Source: Callorhinchus milii (lineage: Eukaryota). From it: a stretch of 48,301 nt of DNA. A program made the position numbers and the translations under genes. Shown piece after piece: positions 11,890 through 23,440 of the stretch. Under the pieces are notes generated by a model that saw nothing but the letters and a program-made list of their open reading frames with translations, was not told the origin of the DNA and made no database searches. The DNA lies in assembly GCF_018977255.1 (NCBI RefSeq), contig NW_024705397.1, positions 1-48,301 on the forward strand, given 5' to 3'. The stretch's first letter is position 1. Each line of letters begins with the position of its first letter.

Positions 11890-13275
11890 TCTGCCTCCTC
11901 GTCCTCCTCGACCTATCGGCAGCATTCGATACGGTCGACCACGCTATCCTCCTCCACCGCTTGTCCTCCCACCTCAACCTTCAAGGCACTGTCCTTGAGT
12001 GGTTTAGGTCGTACCTCTCCCACTATCTTCACTTTGTTTCCACGAATGGCTTCTCCTCCACCCCCCGCACTGTCTCGTGCGGTGTCCCTCAGGGCTCTGT
12101 CCTCGGTCCCCTCCTCTTCACCCTCTATATGCTCCCCCTGTGGTGACATCATCCGCAGACATGGGGTTCACTCCCACATGTATGCGGATGACACCCAACT
12201 CTACCTTTCCTCCTCTACCCTCAACTCCACGATCCCCGATGTCCTGACAGCTGTCTGTCCGATATCGAGTCCTGGACGAGAGACAACTTTCTTCAGCTCA
12301 ACGTGTGCAAAACTGAGGCCCTCCACATTGGCTCACGTCAGCGCCTCCGCACCTCAGGCGCTGACAGCATCAGCTCCGCACTCTCCACCTCTCAAAGCCA
12401 TCAGGAACCTCGGGGTTCTGTTCGACCCTGAGCTGTCCTTTCTCCCCCATATCCGCACCACAACTGGCACCGCCTTCCATCACCTCCGGAATGTCGCCAG
12501 ACTACGGCACTACCTCACCCCTCACGCGGCTGAAACTCTGGTCCACACCTTTATCACCTCAAGGCTGGACTATGGGAACTCTCTCCTCGTCGGCCTTCCC
12601 GGCCCTCCCTCCACACTGCAGGTCATTCAGAACTCTGCAGCTCGTGTACTGTCCCGCACCAGACACCGCACCCACATCACTCCCACCCTCACCCTCACCA
12701 TCGCCCTCGCTCGCCTCCACCGGCTCCCCATCCCCCAGAGGATCGAATTCAAGATCCTCATCCTCACCTACAAGTCCATTCACGGCCTCGCTCCCTCCTA
12801 CCTCTCCGACCTACTATCCCCCTACCTACCTGCCCGTACCCTCCGTTCCTCTGGCTCCGGTCTGCTCCACATCCCCCGCCCCAACCGCCCTACCATCGGT
12901 GGCCTTCAGCCTCTCAGCCCCGAGGCTCTGGAACTCCACCCCCCAGTGCCTTCGCCACCTCCTCCCTTTCCTCCTTCAAGGCTGGTCTCAAGACCTTTCT
13001 CTTTGACCGAGCCTTCAGCTCCCCTCTCGACTCTCTACCCCCTCCTCGCTCCCTCCCTTCCCTCCCCTCACCCTGACCATTTCCCCCCTCCTCGCTCCCT
13101 CCCTTCCCTCCCCTCGCCCTGACCATTTCCCCCCTCCTCGCTCCCTCCCTTCCCTCCCCTCGCCCTGACCATTTCCCCACTGCTCGGGTCCTGACCCAAC
13201 TGTACAGCGCCTTGGGACGTCCTCCCGCCATGAAAGGCGCTCAATAAATGGAATCTTGTTGTTGTTGTTGTTGTT
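11890..13275 (+). mobile_element. L2 LINE (RT domain to tail), sense orientation in intron 4, frameshifted
   Basis: [34 protein letters not shown] and a (TTG)n tail. Confidence 0.95.
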
Positions 13276-13932
13276 CCAAGACTCCTGTCTAGAAACTGGA
13301 GCAGGAACGGGCAAGCTGCACGATTTTAGTTGGTTAGACTGCAGCAGTTACTGAAACGCACACTCTGGAGTCCCCAAGCCTTGGCTCTTGCCAACTGGCA
13401 CCTGCGGAATTAGGTAAACAGGATGCATCCCTCCAGAGAGAGGGCACATTCCATTCCAGACAGAAGGAGATTTCCATGTGTAGGTGATCTGTCTGGTTTG
13501 GAGACTTAAGATTACAAGGTTAGTTTGGATGAAACAGACCCTCTCTCCCACCTGATCACTTCCTTCCAGAAAGCACAGTGAATGGTCTGAACCTGTGTCA
13601 GACCTTCAGGCTGAGCACAATGAGAGTAGGTATTGAGCAGCTCAGTCTCCGGCACACAAATAGAGTCAGGCGAGCGGTTAGAGGGAATCTCCTCACTCGG
13701 AGGCTGGATAGAGGAAACAAACCATGCTGGTATAGTAATCCCTGTATTTGACATAGTGTGTTTCAAGTCAGGAGACCATCACGGTGATGTAAAGTGTAGT
13801 GACTGTGTTTTGTAGGGGACATGGTCTCTGACGTGTGTCATATGCTGGCTATATCAGAGGTGTTCCTCTGGGCAGCTCTGCAAGCCTATATGTACAGCAA
13901 GCTACACACAGGCTGAGAGCCTCCTTCTCTAT

Positions 13933-14279
13933 GATAATAATAATAATCCTTGCAGTTGATGTAGCTCCTTATCTCAAAGCACTTCACAGAATATATTGTA
14001 AAGTGGAGTGTCTGCATATTCTGTGGGCAAATTGCGGCAGCCAATTGTGCCCAGCAGTGTCTCACAAACAGTCGTGGATTGAGTGACTAAATTTTTTGGG
14101 AGGGATTATTGCCCCTGGATAAATGATCCACCAATTGACTAACAACCGGTTCCTGCTTACTGCTCGATAAACAGAGTGTGGAGTAAGGAAACTTGTCTGA
14201 GGTTAGCACCGCCTGAGAATCGAACCCAGGTCCTCTGCTTGTGAGGTGAATGCTCTAACCACTAAACTATAGGACTCCA
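13933..14279 (-). mobile_element. tRNA-headed SINE ending ~25 nt before the exon 5 acceptor
   Basis: Tail ataataatccttgc at left, head ...ggactcca at right. Confidence 0.88.
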
Positions 14280-14304
14280 TAATAACCAGTGAAATCTGCT
14301 TTAG

Positions 14305-14840
14305 GACACAGGAACGGAGCAGGCACAGGGCTGGGCGGAGCCGGCCCTCATGGCAGCGAGGACAACGATGGCTGCTACATTCAGGCCGGCAAGAGTGGCA
14401 ACGCGGTGGAGATGTCCATGCTCACACCAGCGGGCAGCGCCAAGCTGGACCGTGCCCGGAGCAATGCCTCCGAGTCCAAGCTGGTGGCCAAGAAGAGAGT
14501 GATCCGGATGTTGATTGTCATCGTCGTGATGTTCTTTATCTGCTGGATGCCCATCTTCAGTGTCAACACCTGGAGAGCCTTTGACCAGCTCTCGGCTGCT
14601 CGCAGACTGTCGGGGGCTCCCATCTCCTTCATCCACCTGCTGAGCTACACCTCGGCCTGTGTCAACCCCATTGTCTACTGCTTCATGAACAAGCGTTTCC
14701 GCAAGGCACTGCTCGGTACCTGTCGCGGCTGCCTCCGCCCCTTCCCGCTCTTCAAGGAGACAGACGAGGAGGCCGGCGTGACTGGAGCTTCTCTCTCCAA
14801 GTTCAGCTACACCACGGTCAGCACCGTGGGACCCCCCTGA
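14305..14840 (+). CDS. cckbr: CCK2R-like receptor, last coding exon 5 (ICL3, TM6, TM7, C-tail, stop)
   Basis: Acceptor ctgctttag| in frame (an alternative in-frame AG lies 15 nt upstream). EDNDGCY...AKKRVIRMLIVIV...CWMP...LSGAPISFIHLLSYTSACVNPIVYCFM...SLSKFSYTTVSTVGPP*. GAPISFIHLL and the SYTTxST tail are CCK2R-type. Confidence 0.95.
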
Positions 14841-15615
14841 ACCCCTCACTCATTGCTCGGCGGCCAATCACCGCTTACCATCACCTCCTCTGTGAAAACA
14901 TGAGAAACCCTGAGCAATTCCACCCCAGAGCTGCCAGGGAGCATCCAGCACCCATCGCCTGCCCAACCCAACTTGCCCCTGCCCCAACCTGCCCCTGTCC
15001 CAACCCAACCTGCCCCTGACCCATGCCATCCTGCCCCAGTTCGCTCGCCAGCCCAGTCTGCCCCAGGCTGTCCATGCCCGGTTACCTCTTACTCTGTGCC
15101 TGTCAGTAGTTCTGGGCCCTGCCCTCGCTCCCTGACCATGAGTGGCACATGCCACATGCTGTCCAACACCGTGCGAGTGTAAGCATGGAAAGCAATTCTC
15201 ACCTGCATGTGTAAAAAGTGCGATATGTACACAACGGTTCAAAGTAGTAGACGTGTTCCAAGTGTTTAAAACCAACTTTAAATACATTTACATAGATTGT
15301 GCAGCATGGAAACACAAGTCCATGTCAGTGTTTATATTCCACATGAGTCTCCACCCACGCTTCTATTCCTTCCTCCCTCCCACACCCTCTATTCCTTCCT
15401 CACTCCCACATCCTCTATTCCTCCCTCCCTCCCACATAGTCTATTCCCCTCTCCATCATGTATACCTACCTCTAAAATGCACCTTCCTCTTGAATGTATT
15501 ACACCAGCTGCTTCAACTCCCGCTCTTCAAGCAGCAAGTTCCACAATCTCACTACCCTCTGTATAAAGTAATTCCTCCTAAATGCTCCTTAAACGTCTCT
15601 TCTCTAATGAAAAAA

Positions 15616-16240
15616 TCATAGAATCATAGAATTGTACAACACAAAAAGAGGCCTTTCGGCCCATCGAGTCTGTGCGGTTGTTTGAATAGAGCATTGTAAG
15701 TCAATCCCACTTCCCGGCCCTTTCCCCATAACCTGCAAACCCGTCCTCCTCAAATACCCATCCACCATATTTTTAAAAGTTGTTACCGAATCGGCCTCCA
15801 CCGCCCTTTCAGGCGATGCGTTCCAGATTCGAACAACTCGCTGCGTGAAAATAGGTCCCCTCCCCTCGGCTTCTTTTAGAGACTATTTTGAATCTGTGAT
15901 CTCGAGTCACCGACACTCCCACCAGCGGGAACAGTTTTTCCCTTTCTAACCCATCAAATCCCTCATGATTTTGAAGACCTCTATTAGGTCTCCTCGTAAC
16001 CTTCTCTGCTCCAATGAGAATAATCCTCACCTCTCGAGCCTTTCTTCATCATCACAGTCCCCATTCCTGGTCCCATCCTCATAAATCTCCTCCGCGCCCT
16101 TTCCAATGCCTTAACATCCTTCCTATGGTGTGGTGCCCAGAACTGGGGCAGTATTCTAACTGAGGCCTAACCAGTGTTTATATGGGTTAATCATAACCTC
16201 CTGACTCTTGTACTCCATGCCCCTATTTATAAAGCCTATA
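15616..16240 (-). mobile_element. CR1 3' end
   Basis: (ATTCTATG)n tail and CR1 C-terminal motifs. Confidence 0.88.
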
Positions 16241-16244
16241 AAGA

Positions 16245-16585
16245 CCCAACGTTATGAGTGGTTTTGATTGAGGGGACAGGGAGAAACTGTTTCCATTGGC
16301 TGGTGGGTCAGTAACCAGACCACATAGATTTAAGACAATTTGAACCAGAGGGGAGATGAGGAGACATTTTTTTTACACAGAGAGCTGTTATGGTCTGGAA
16401 TGCACGGCCTGAAAGGCTGGTGGAACCAGATTCAATAGCAACTTTCAAAAGGGTATCAGATAAGTTCTTGAAAAGGAAAAATTTGCAGGGGTACGGGGAG
16501 AGAGCGGGGGAGTGGGACTGATTGGGTAGCTCTTCCCAAGAGCCGGCACAGGCACTTCTGTGCTGTAATATTCTACGATTCTATG
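16245..16585 (+). mobile_element. CR1 3' end, opposite orientation to the preceding copy
   Basis: Same CR1 3' motifs ending attctacgattctatg. Confidence 0.85.
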
Positions 16586-17384
16586 TATACTATCCACATA
16601 GATTTCTCTATATCTGTATATACACATATGCTATCCAGTCTATAGCAGTAACCTGCCAGCTCTGGTTTCATCCTCGTAAAGAGGATGGTTTCATCCTCTG
16701 GTTTCATCCTTCTTGTAGTGTGGAGACTAGAAATGGACACAGTGCTTATGGTCTAACCCAGTTTTTATAAAAAATCAACAACACCTCCTCACTTTTATAC
16801 GCCATCCCTCTGCATATGAAGCCCAAAACCCCATTGGCCTTTTTTTAGCCTTATGTACCTGTGTAGTTATTGTCAGAGGTGTATGGAGCTGAATCCCCAG
16901 ATCTCTTTGCTCCTCCATTCCTCTTAGGTTTTCACCTAGACCTAGACCTCTCGTGGGGCACTTATCAAAGGCCTTCTGGAAATCCAGATACATTATATCC
17001 ACTGCATTTCCCTTGACTACTTTATCGGTTACTTGTACCTGTAAATATGCAGAGCAAACGGCACATTCAGTGTGTAAAAGTGACTGCCATTGTCTAAGTG
17101 TGCAAAGCGACTATCCATGTGTAAGTGTGCAAAGACGGCTTGGAGTCAGGCTCCGCCACTGTTAAGCTTCTGATACGCTAGCCCGTGTGAAGGGCTCTAT
17201 ATAAATGCAAGTTGTTGTAAAGTGACTATCTATGTGTAAGTATTAAAGTGACTAATTATAATCATAATAATTGCATTTGATTATAACGCCTTATCAAGTC
17301 TTCAAGATATCTCAAAGCACTTCACGGGATACACTGTAAAGTGAATTAACTGTATATTTTGCGGATGAAACAAAATAGTTGTTT

Positions 17385-17730
17385 CTCACTCACACTAAAC
17401 TCTGTACCCCCATCACACCAGTTCTTGCCAGAAAATCACAGAACGGATCAAGTTCAAGATCCTTTCACTCGTCTACAGATCCCTTCATGCCCTGGCACCT
17501 CTTATCTCACCGACCTGCTTTCTCCCCACTCCACCTCCTGCTGCCTCCTGCTTGTCCCTCTTGTCCTCCGCTCCACCATCGGCGGCCGCACTTTCAGCCA
17601 CTGCGCCCTGAAACTCTGGAGTGCTTTGCCTCAATCCCTCTATCTTGCCTCCTCCTTCCCCTCTTTTGATTACGACTGAAGTTCTTCAACCGTGCTTACA
17701 GTCACCTCCTCCCTACCCCCGGCTCAGTGT
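17385..17730 (+). mobile_element. Degenerate L2 3' fragment
   Basis: PITPVLA and STIGGRTFSH motifs. Confidence 0.7.
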
Positions 17731-18185
17731 TGTAGCTGTCCAGGACTGAGCGCCTGCCTGTCAGCTAGTCACTTTACACACGCAGAAGCCAATACCACAG
17801 GCAGAGCAGATGCCAGCAGCTCAGGTGGGTTGGTAACAAGACCTCAGGCTTGTGGGAGCAGTTCGACCTGGGACTTTATCCCATCGCACGCTCCACAGCC
17901 GGGAAAGCCCATCCCAGCCGGGAACGGGGCTGATCCCAGAGAAACAAGTGGACCTGACTGGTGTATGGACATCACGTATCACCCACCCTCTCACATTTCA
18001 TGCAACGTCTATAGTGCTGCAAATGTCTCAGAGCCTCATCGTAAATTACTGTGGTGTGGTGACTCTGTAACTTGTAGGATAACACAGTAGCCGTTATCCA
18101 GGCAGCAGCTGCTTACTTCCTCTACAGACAGCAAGTGAATGAGATTTAGTGGGAATATTGGGCACAAATCGTGAGAATATTCGCT

Positions 18186-18445
18186 GTTTGTGTGGGGGTG
18201 GGGGGAGCTGTGTGTGTGTGTTTGTGGTGTGTGTGGGGGGGAAAGTGTGTGTGGGAGGGCAATGTGTGTGTGTGTTGTGTTTTGCGTGTGTGGGGGGATA
18301 TGTGTGGTGTGTGTGTGGGCTGCGTGTTGGGGAGGGGAGTTGTGTGTATGTGTGTGTGGAAGGGGTGGGCGGTTATGTGCATGTGGGTGTTTGTGTGGGG
18401 GCCATGTGTGTGTGTGGGCTGTGTTTGTGGGGTTGGGGGGGAGGC
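18186..18445. repeat. TG-rich low-complexity tract
   Basis: Interrupted (TG)n and G runs. Confidence 0.9.
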
Positions 18446-18707
18446 AGGGAGCTGTTTGTGAGAATCTTCCAACAGCCAATCTTCCAGGCTGTTTGGGTCT
18501 CTGGCGTGTGATATTTCCACATCACTGACTCTTGCAGTTATTACTGAACCATTTCTCTCAGAGTCTAAGCTTCCAGCACAATTGTCGGCTTCACTACCTT
18601 TCAGTGTGATCCTGACTGTAAATATCCCACTAACACACAGTGTGAGAGAGAGAGAGGGAGAGAGAGAGCAGTTAATAGCCAATTAACACTCAATGTGAGA
18701 GAGAACA

Positions 18708-19033
18708 AGTAATAGTAATAGTCCTCGCAGTTGATACGGTGCCTTATCACATCTTCAAGATGTCTCAAAGCAGCCAATTGTGCACTGAAGTGGCCCACAA
18801 ACAATCCTGGATTGGTGATCAAATTATGATTATTATTATTATTTTTCAGAGGGATTATTACCCTTGGAAAAGCGATACGTCAATCGACTAATAACTGGGT
18901 TCCTACTCACGGCTAAGTAAACAGAGGCATATGGAGTAAGGATATTTACCCAATGTTTCGCCCTCCTGGGAATCAAACCCATGGCCTCTCGCGTGCGAGG
19001 AGAGTGCTCTAACCACTAAACTTCTGGACTCCA
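18708..19033 (-). mobile_element. tRNA-headed SINE inserted in a ~36-bp degenerate repeat (AAATATCCCACTAACAC..GTGAGAG, ~18615-19100)
   Basis: SINE head and tail; the repeat units continue on both sides. Confidence 0.8.
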
Positions 19034-19174
19034 CTAAGTATCCCACCAACACGCTGTGAGAGAGAGCTGCTAAATATCCCACTAATACCCTGTGAGAGCA
19101 ATGCTGTTTGTATCACAGCTGAGGCCATATAAAGTTTTCTCTGTTATGTCTGGTTATATCGCAAACAATTTGTA

Positions 19175-19180
19175 AATAAA
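19175..19180 (+). terminator. Candidate polyadenylation signal of the receptor gene
   Basis: First AATAAA I find downstream of the stop, in non-repetitive AT-rich sequence; implies a ~4.3 kb 3' UTR. A variant ATTAAA occurs at 17242. Confidence 0.4.
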
Positions 19181-19870
19181 AGGACAAAGGTTCTCTCGCG
19201 CTGAGCACAGTATGTGAGGTTACCTTATTATACAGGACCTTTTTCCCCCAACACTGTTGTATGTCTCCTGTTATCGCCATAGGCTTACTCTGTCCTGGGA
19301 AAGCGAGAACAACCTTTACAGCCCTTTACACTGTCTCAGCAACTGCCACAGGACAGGACAACAATTGGGACCGATGCCCCAAGTATCTGCCAATCAATAT
19401 CATCGATGTCTTGTCTTGAGCCGTGCAGAACTATAATACCACGCACGGGGGGCATTTACCACCATGTCCCATGTCCCACCGGGCGGCTGAGGGTTCTAGA
19501 TGGTGGGTGCAGTGCAGAAGATCCCCAGGTGAGTCCCCAGCAACAGAATATCGTCCACAACCAGGAGCTTTGCAATCCTGTTAGAGAGCCTGGAACACAC
19601 ACACACCGCTCTGCTCTGCCTGTCCCCCTTGATGTCATCCAACACATAGTAATAATAACCCTTGCATTTGATATGACGCCTTATCACGTGTTTGAGATGC
19701 CTCAAAGTGATTCACAGGATATACTATAACGTGAATTGACTATATTTTGTGGGCAAAACAGTAACAGTATAAAATTCAGACTGGACTCAGCTCATCATGA
19801 TACACAGCTGCCCATCCAAATTCCCATAAAGTCCTTTCCATTTCCTTATGTGGCAAAACGTTTCACATCA

Positions 19871-20547
19871 TCTACACTAATAAAGACAGTCTGTGTTTCC
19901 GCCAATAACGCAATAACCCATTGACATAGAGACATGATTTATATCTCATCAGAAAGATCTTGCATGCATATCACGGGCAATTTTTCAGGGATCTCCTATT
20001 GTTGAAGGTCTATATTTGAAAAATGCTTTAATTAAGCCCCAAAATATGATGTATGCATAGTATTCTGCAACAAAGTAGAGGCAGAGAGAAATATTATACT
20101 AATAAATTTCCTCTGTCTCAGTATACTATATCTAAAGAGATATACTGTACTATATTAATAAATTCTGCAACAAATGTATGGCAGGTTTTCGGGTTGTCAT
20201 GGGAGCTGCATTGCTCCTAACAGGAGTCCTCCCAACCAGGAGTCCATGTATTATTAAAGCAACTATTCCTGCCGGTCAGTTCAAAGGGGAAGATGTATTT
20301 ATTCCTCGTATCCCACTGCTCCCAAGTGACTACCAGTTTGAGTTCAAAAGGCTCCAATTTCCCTGTTTGAATGTGCCTCGCCACGTCAATTAACAAGGCA
20401 CAGGGACGGAGCTTAAAGGTTGCTGCCCTTTTCTTGAATCCACCCTGCTTTTCCCATGGACAGTTCTGTTGCTGCTCACGTGTGGGTTCATCTCAACACC
20501 TGTATGTCATGGCCGAAGGAGGAAAAACTGCAAATGTTTCTACGCAG
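19871..20547 (+). mobile_element. Internally deleted Helitron with a PIF1-type helicase C-terminal fragment
   Basis: A|TCTACACTAATAAA 5' end. 20245-20547 encodes, with frameshifts, GEDVFIPRIPLLPSD..FEFKRLQFP...SINKAQGRSL...PCFSHGQ...SRV (helicase motifs V/VI). Probably resumes at ~21952 after the L2. Confidence 0.88.
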
Positions 20548-21950
20548 AAGCAACAACAACCACAACAAAAAATGACATGTGTAAAGCGCCTTTCACATCG
20601 GGGGGACGTCCCAAGGTGCCAGACAGACAGAGTTTCAGACCCGAGCTGAGTGGGGGAGGGGGAGAGCGGGGGGGGGGGGGAAGCAGGGAGATCGAAAGCA
20701 CGGTCGAAGAGGACGGTCTTGATGTGGGTCTTGAAGGTGGCGATGGAGGAGGGAGGCAGAGGGACTGGGGCGTGGAGTTCCAAAGGGTGGGGGCAGAGTG
20801 GTGGATGGCCCGCGTACCAATCGTTGGGCGAGCGAGGCGGGGGATGTGAAGCAGGCCAGAGGCTGCTGAGCAGAGGGAGCGAGCAGGATGATAGCGGGTT
20901 AGGAGGTCGGAGAGGTAGTGGGAGAACAAGGGCATGGAGCGCTTTGAAGTGTGAGGACTAGGATCTTGAATTGTATCCTCTGTGTGATGGGCAGCCAGTG
21001 GATGGGGGTCACGGAGCCTGGTGCCGGAGAGGACACGGGCTGCAGAGTTCTGGATGATCTGTAGCCCGTGCAGGGAGGAGTTGGGGAGGCCGACAAGCAG
21101 TGAGTTTGCATAGTCGAGCCTCGATGTAATGAAGGCGTGTATGAGGGTTTCAGTGGCCTGCGGTGTGAAACATTGTCGGAGCCGGGCAACGTTGCGGAGG
21201 TGGGGGAAGGCAGAGTGGATCATGGCACAGGTGTGGGATAGAAAGGATAGTTGAGGGTCAAACAAGACCCCAAGGTTCCGGACTGGCTTAGTGAGGTGGA
21301 GTGTGCAACCATGGATGCTGTCAGTGCCTGAGGTGAGGAGGCGCTGACGGGAGCCAATCAAGAGAGTCTTGTTGACATTCAACTGAAGAAAGTTAGCTCT
21401 CATCTAGATGTGGAGTCCTGTAGCTCAGTGGTTAGAGCACTCGCTTTGTAAGCGAGACACCTGAGTTCAATTCCAGGCAGAGGGCGAAACCTCGGGCAAG
21501 TTTCCTTACTCCACACACCTAATAATAATCCCTCCAAAACCAAAACCAATAATAAATTGGTCATTTTCAATCCACGACTGTTTGTGTGACATTCACTGCT
21601 GCGCGCAATTGGCTGCCGCGTTCGCCCACAAATATACAGTCAATTCACTTTACAGCATATTCTGTGAAGCGCTTTGAGACATCGAGAAGACGTGAAAAGC
21701 ACTATATCAAATGCAAGGATTATTATTATTATTATTATCCAGGGCTTGATGTCTGACAAGACATTCTGTCAGGACAGCACTGGTCCTGGAGTTGGGGGTG
21801 GAGGCAGAAAGAGAGAGTTGGTTGTCATCCGCAGACATGTGGAAGTTGACCCCATATCTGCGGATGATGTCACCGAGGGGGAGCATATAGATGTTGAAGA
21901 GGAGGGGACCGAGGACAGAGCCCTGAGGAACACTGCACGAGACGGTGCAC
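20548..21950 (-). mobile_element. L2 LINE split by a SINE
   Basis: [34 protein letters not shown]; (CAA)n tail at left. Confidence 0.92.
21410..21737 (+). mobile_element. tRNA-headed SINE (short subfamily), full length
   Basis: Complete head, body and (TTA)n tail. Confidence 0.9.
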
Positions 21951-21997
21951 AAAGCTTTGCAACTCGAGGACCTGCCAGATCACACAGTAAACTCTTA

Positions 21998-22750
21998 AGT
22001 CCCGCAGCGTAGTGGGTAAAGCGCTCGCCTCGTAAGCGAGTGGGTTTGATTCCCGGTCGGGGGGGAATCTCTAGGCAAGTTTCCTTACTCCGCACCCGCG
22101 CCTCTATTTACCTCACAGTAAGTAGGAACCCACTTGTTTAGTTGATTGTCGGATTGCTTTCTGGGAGTAATTTTGCTGAATTTCAGCCACAAAATACACA
22201 GTCAATCCACTTTACAGTATATCCTGAAAGATGCTTTGAGACGTCTGAACGATGTGATAACGCGCTACATCAAATTATTATTATTATTCCCCTTCCATTT
22301 ATTCCAGGAATCTTCCAGCGCTGAAGGAGGCCATCCGGTCCAGCGTGCCTGTGGCAGCTCTCTGGCAACAACAACAACAGCTTGCATTTATATAGCGCCC
22401 CTCACACGGGGTAGCGACCCAGAGCAATGCTCCGAGACGTTCCCCTGACTGAAGGGCGCTGAGCAAATGCAGGTCGTTGTAATTGTTGAAAGAACTGTTT
22501 AGCACCATTCGCTCGCAAAACATACAGTCAATTCAATTTACAGTATATTCTGTGAAACACTTTCGAAGTCTCGACATCAGAGACGTCTCGAAGACGTGAT
22601 CTCAGAGCGCTTAACAATGGCAAAGTTTGACGCCAGGCTGGGAGAAAAGGGACGTGACAGGAGCCACGGTTAAAGAGGAAATGTCAAACACACACACACT
22701 AGGATCGGAAGGGCTATATCAACTACAAGATTATTATCATTATTATTATT
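21998..22750 (+). mobile_element. Two SINE copies (21998-22288, ~22510-22750) with CR1/L2 tail scraps between
   Basis: Head and tail motifs. Confidence 0.75.
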
Positions 22751-22829
22751 CCCCTGTGTTTTCCTTTGCAAATATTTGTTCCGATTCCTTTTCAGTGGTT
22801 ATTGTAGATTCTGTTTTAACCAGCCCTGA

Positions 22830-23440
22830 CCTCCCTCCACAAGCTGCAGGTCATTCAGAACTCTGCAGCTCGTGTACTGTCCCGCACCAGGCTTCAGGAC
22901 CACATCACTCCCACCCTCGCTCGCCTCCACTGGCTCCCCATCCCCCAGAGGATTGATTTCAAGATCCTCATCCTCACCTACAAGGCCATTCACGGCCTTG
23001 CTCCCTCCTACCTCTCCAACCTACTATCCCCTACCTACCTGCCCGTACCCTCCGTTCCTCTGGCTCCGGTCTGCTCCACGTCCCCGCCCCAACCGCCCTA
23101 CCATCGGTGGTCGGGCCTTCAGCCTCTCAGCCCCGAGGCTCTGGAACTCCATCCCCCAGTGCCTTCGCCGCCTCCTCCCTCTCCTCCTTCAAGGCCGGTC
23201 TCAAAACCTTTCTCTTTGACCGAGCCTTCAGCTCCCCTCTCGACTCTCTTCCTCCTCCTCGCTCCCTCCCTTCCCTCCCCTCACCCTGACCATTTCCCCC
23301 CTCCTCTCTCCCTCCCTTCCCTCCCCTCACCCTGACCATTTCCCCCCTGCTCGGGTCATGACCCAACTGTGCAGCGCCTTGGGACGTCCTCCTGACGTGA
23401 AAGGCGCTCTATAAATGGAATCTTGTTGTTGTTGTTGTTG
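22830..23440 (+). mobile_element. L2 LINE, young 5'-truncated copy
   Basis: Near-identical to 322-810 and to the 3' part of 11890-13275. Confidence 0.92.

Noticed and set aside
11852..13122. Receptor-L2 RT fusion, or a 375-aa gene
   Set aside because: The exon 4 frame stops two codons into the intron; the long ORF is a frameshifted L2 ORF2 patchwork.
14301..14849. 182-aa antisense ORF over exon 5
   Set aside because: Typical shadow ORF of a GC3-rich coding exon.
20245..20547. Host PIF1 gene exon
   Set aside because: Frameshifted, no splice structure, and embedded behind a Helitron 5' terminus.
21412..21490. Functional tRNA genes
   Set aside because: The heads run into SINE bodies and tails, the T and acceptor stems are imperfect, and anticodons vary among copies.
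22308..22366. Plus-strand exon after a strong-looking acceptor
   Set aside because: The reverse complement is a decayed CR1 3' tail.
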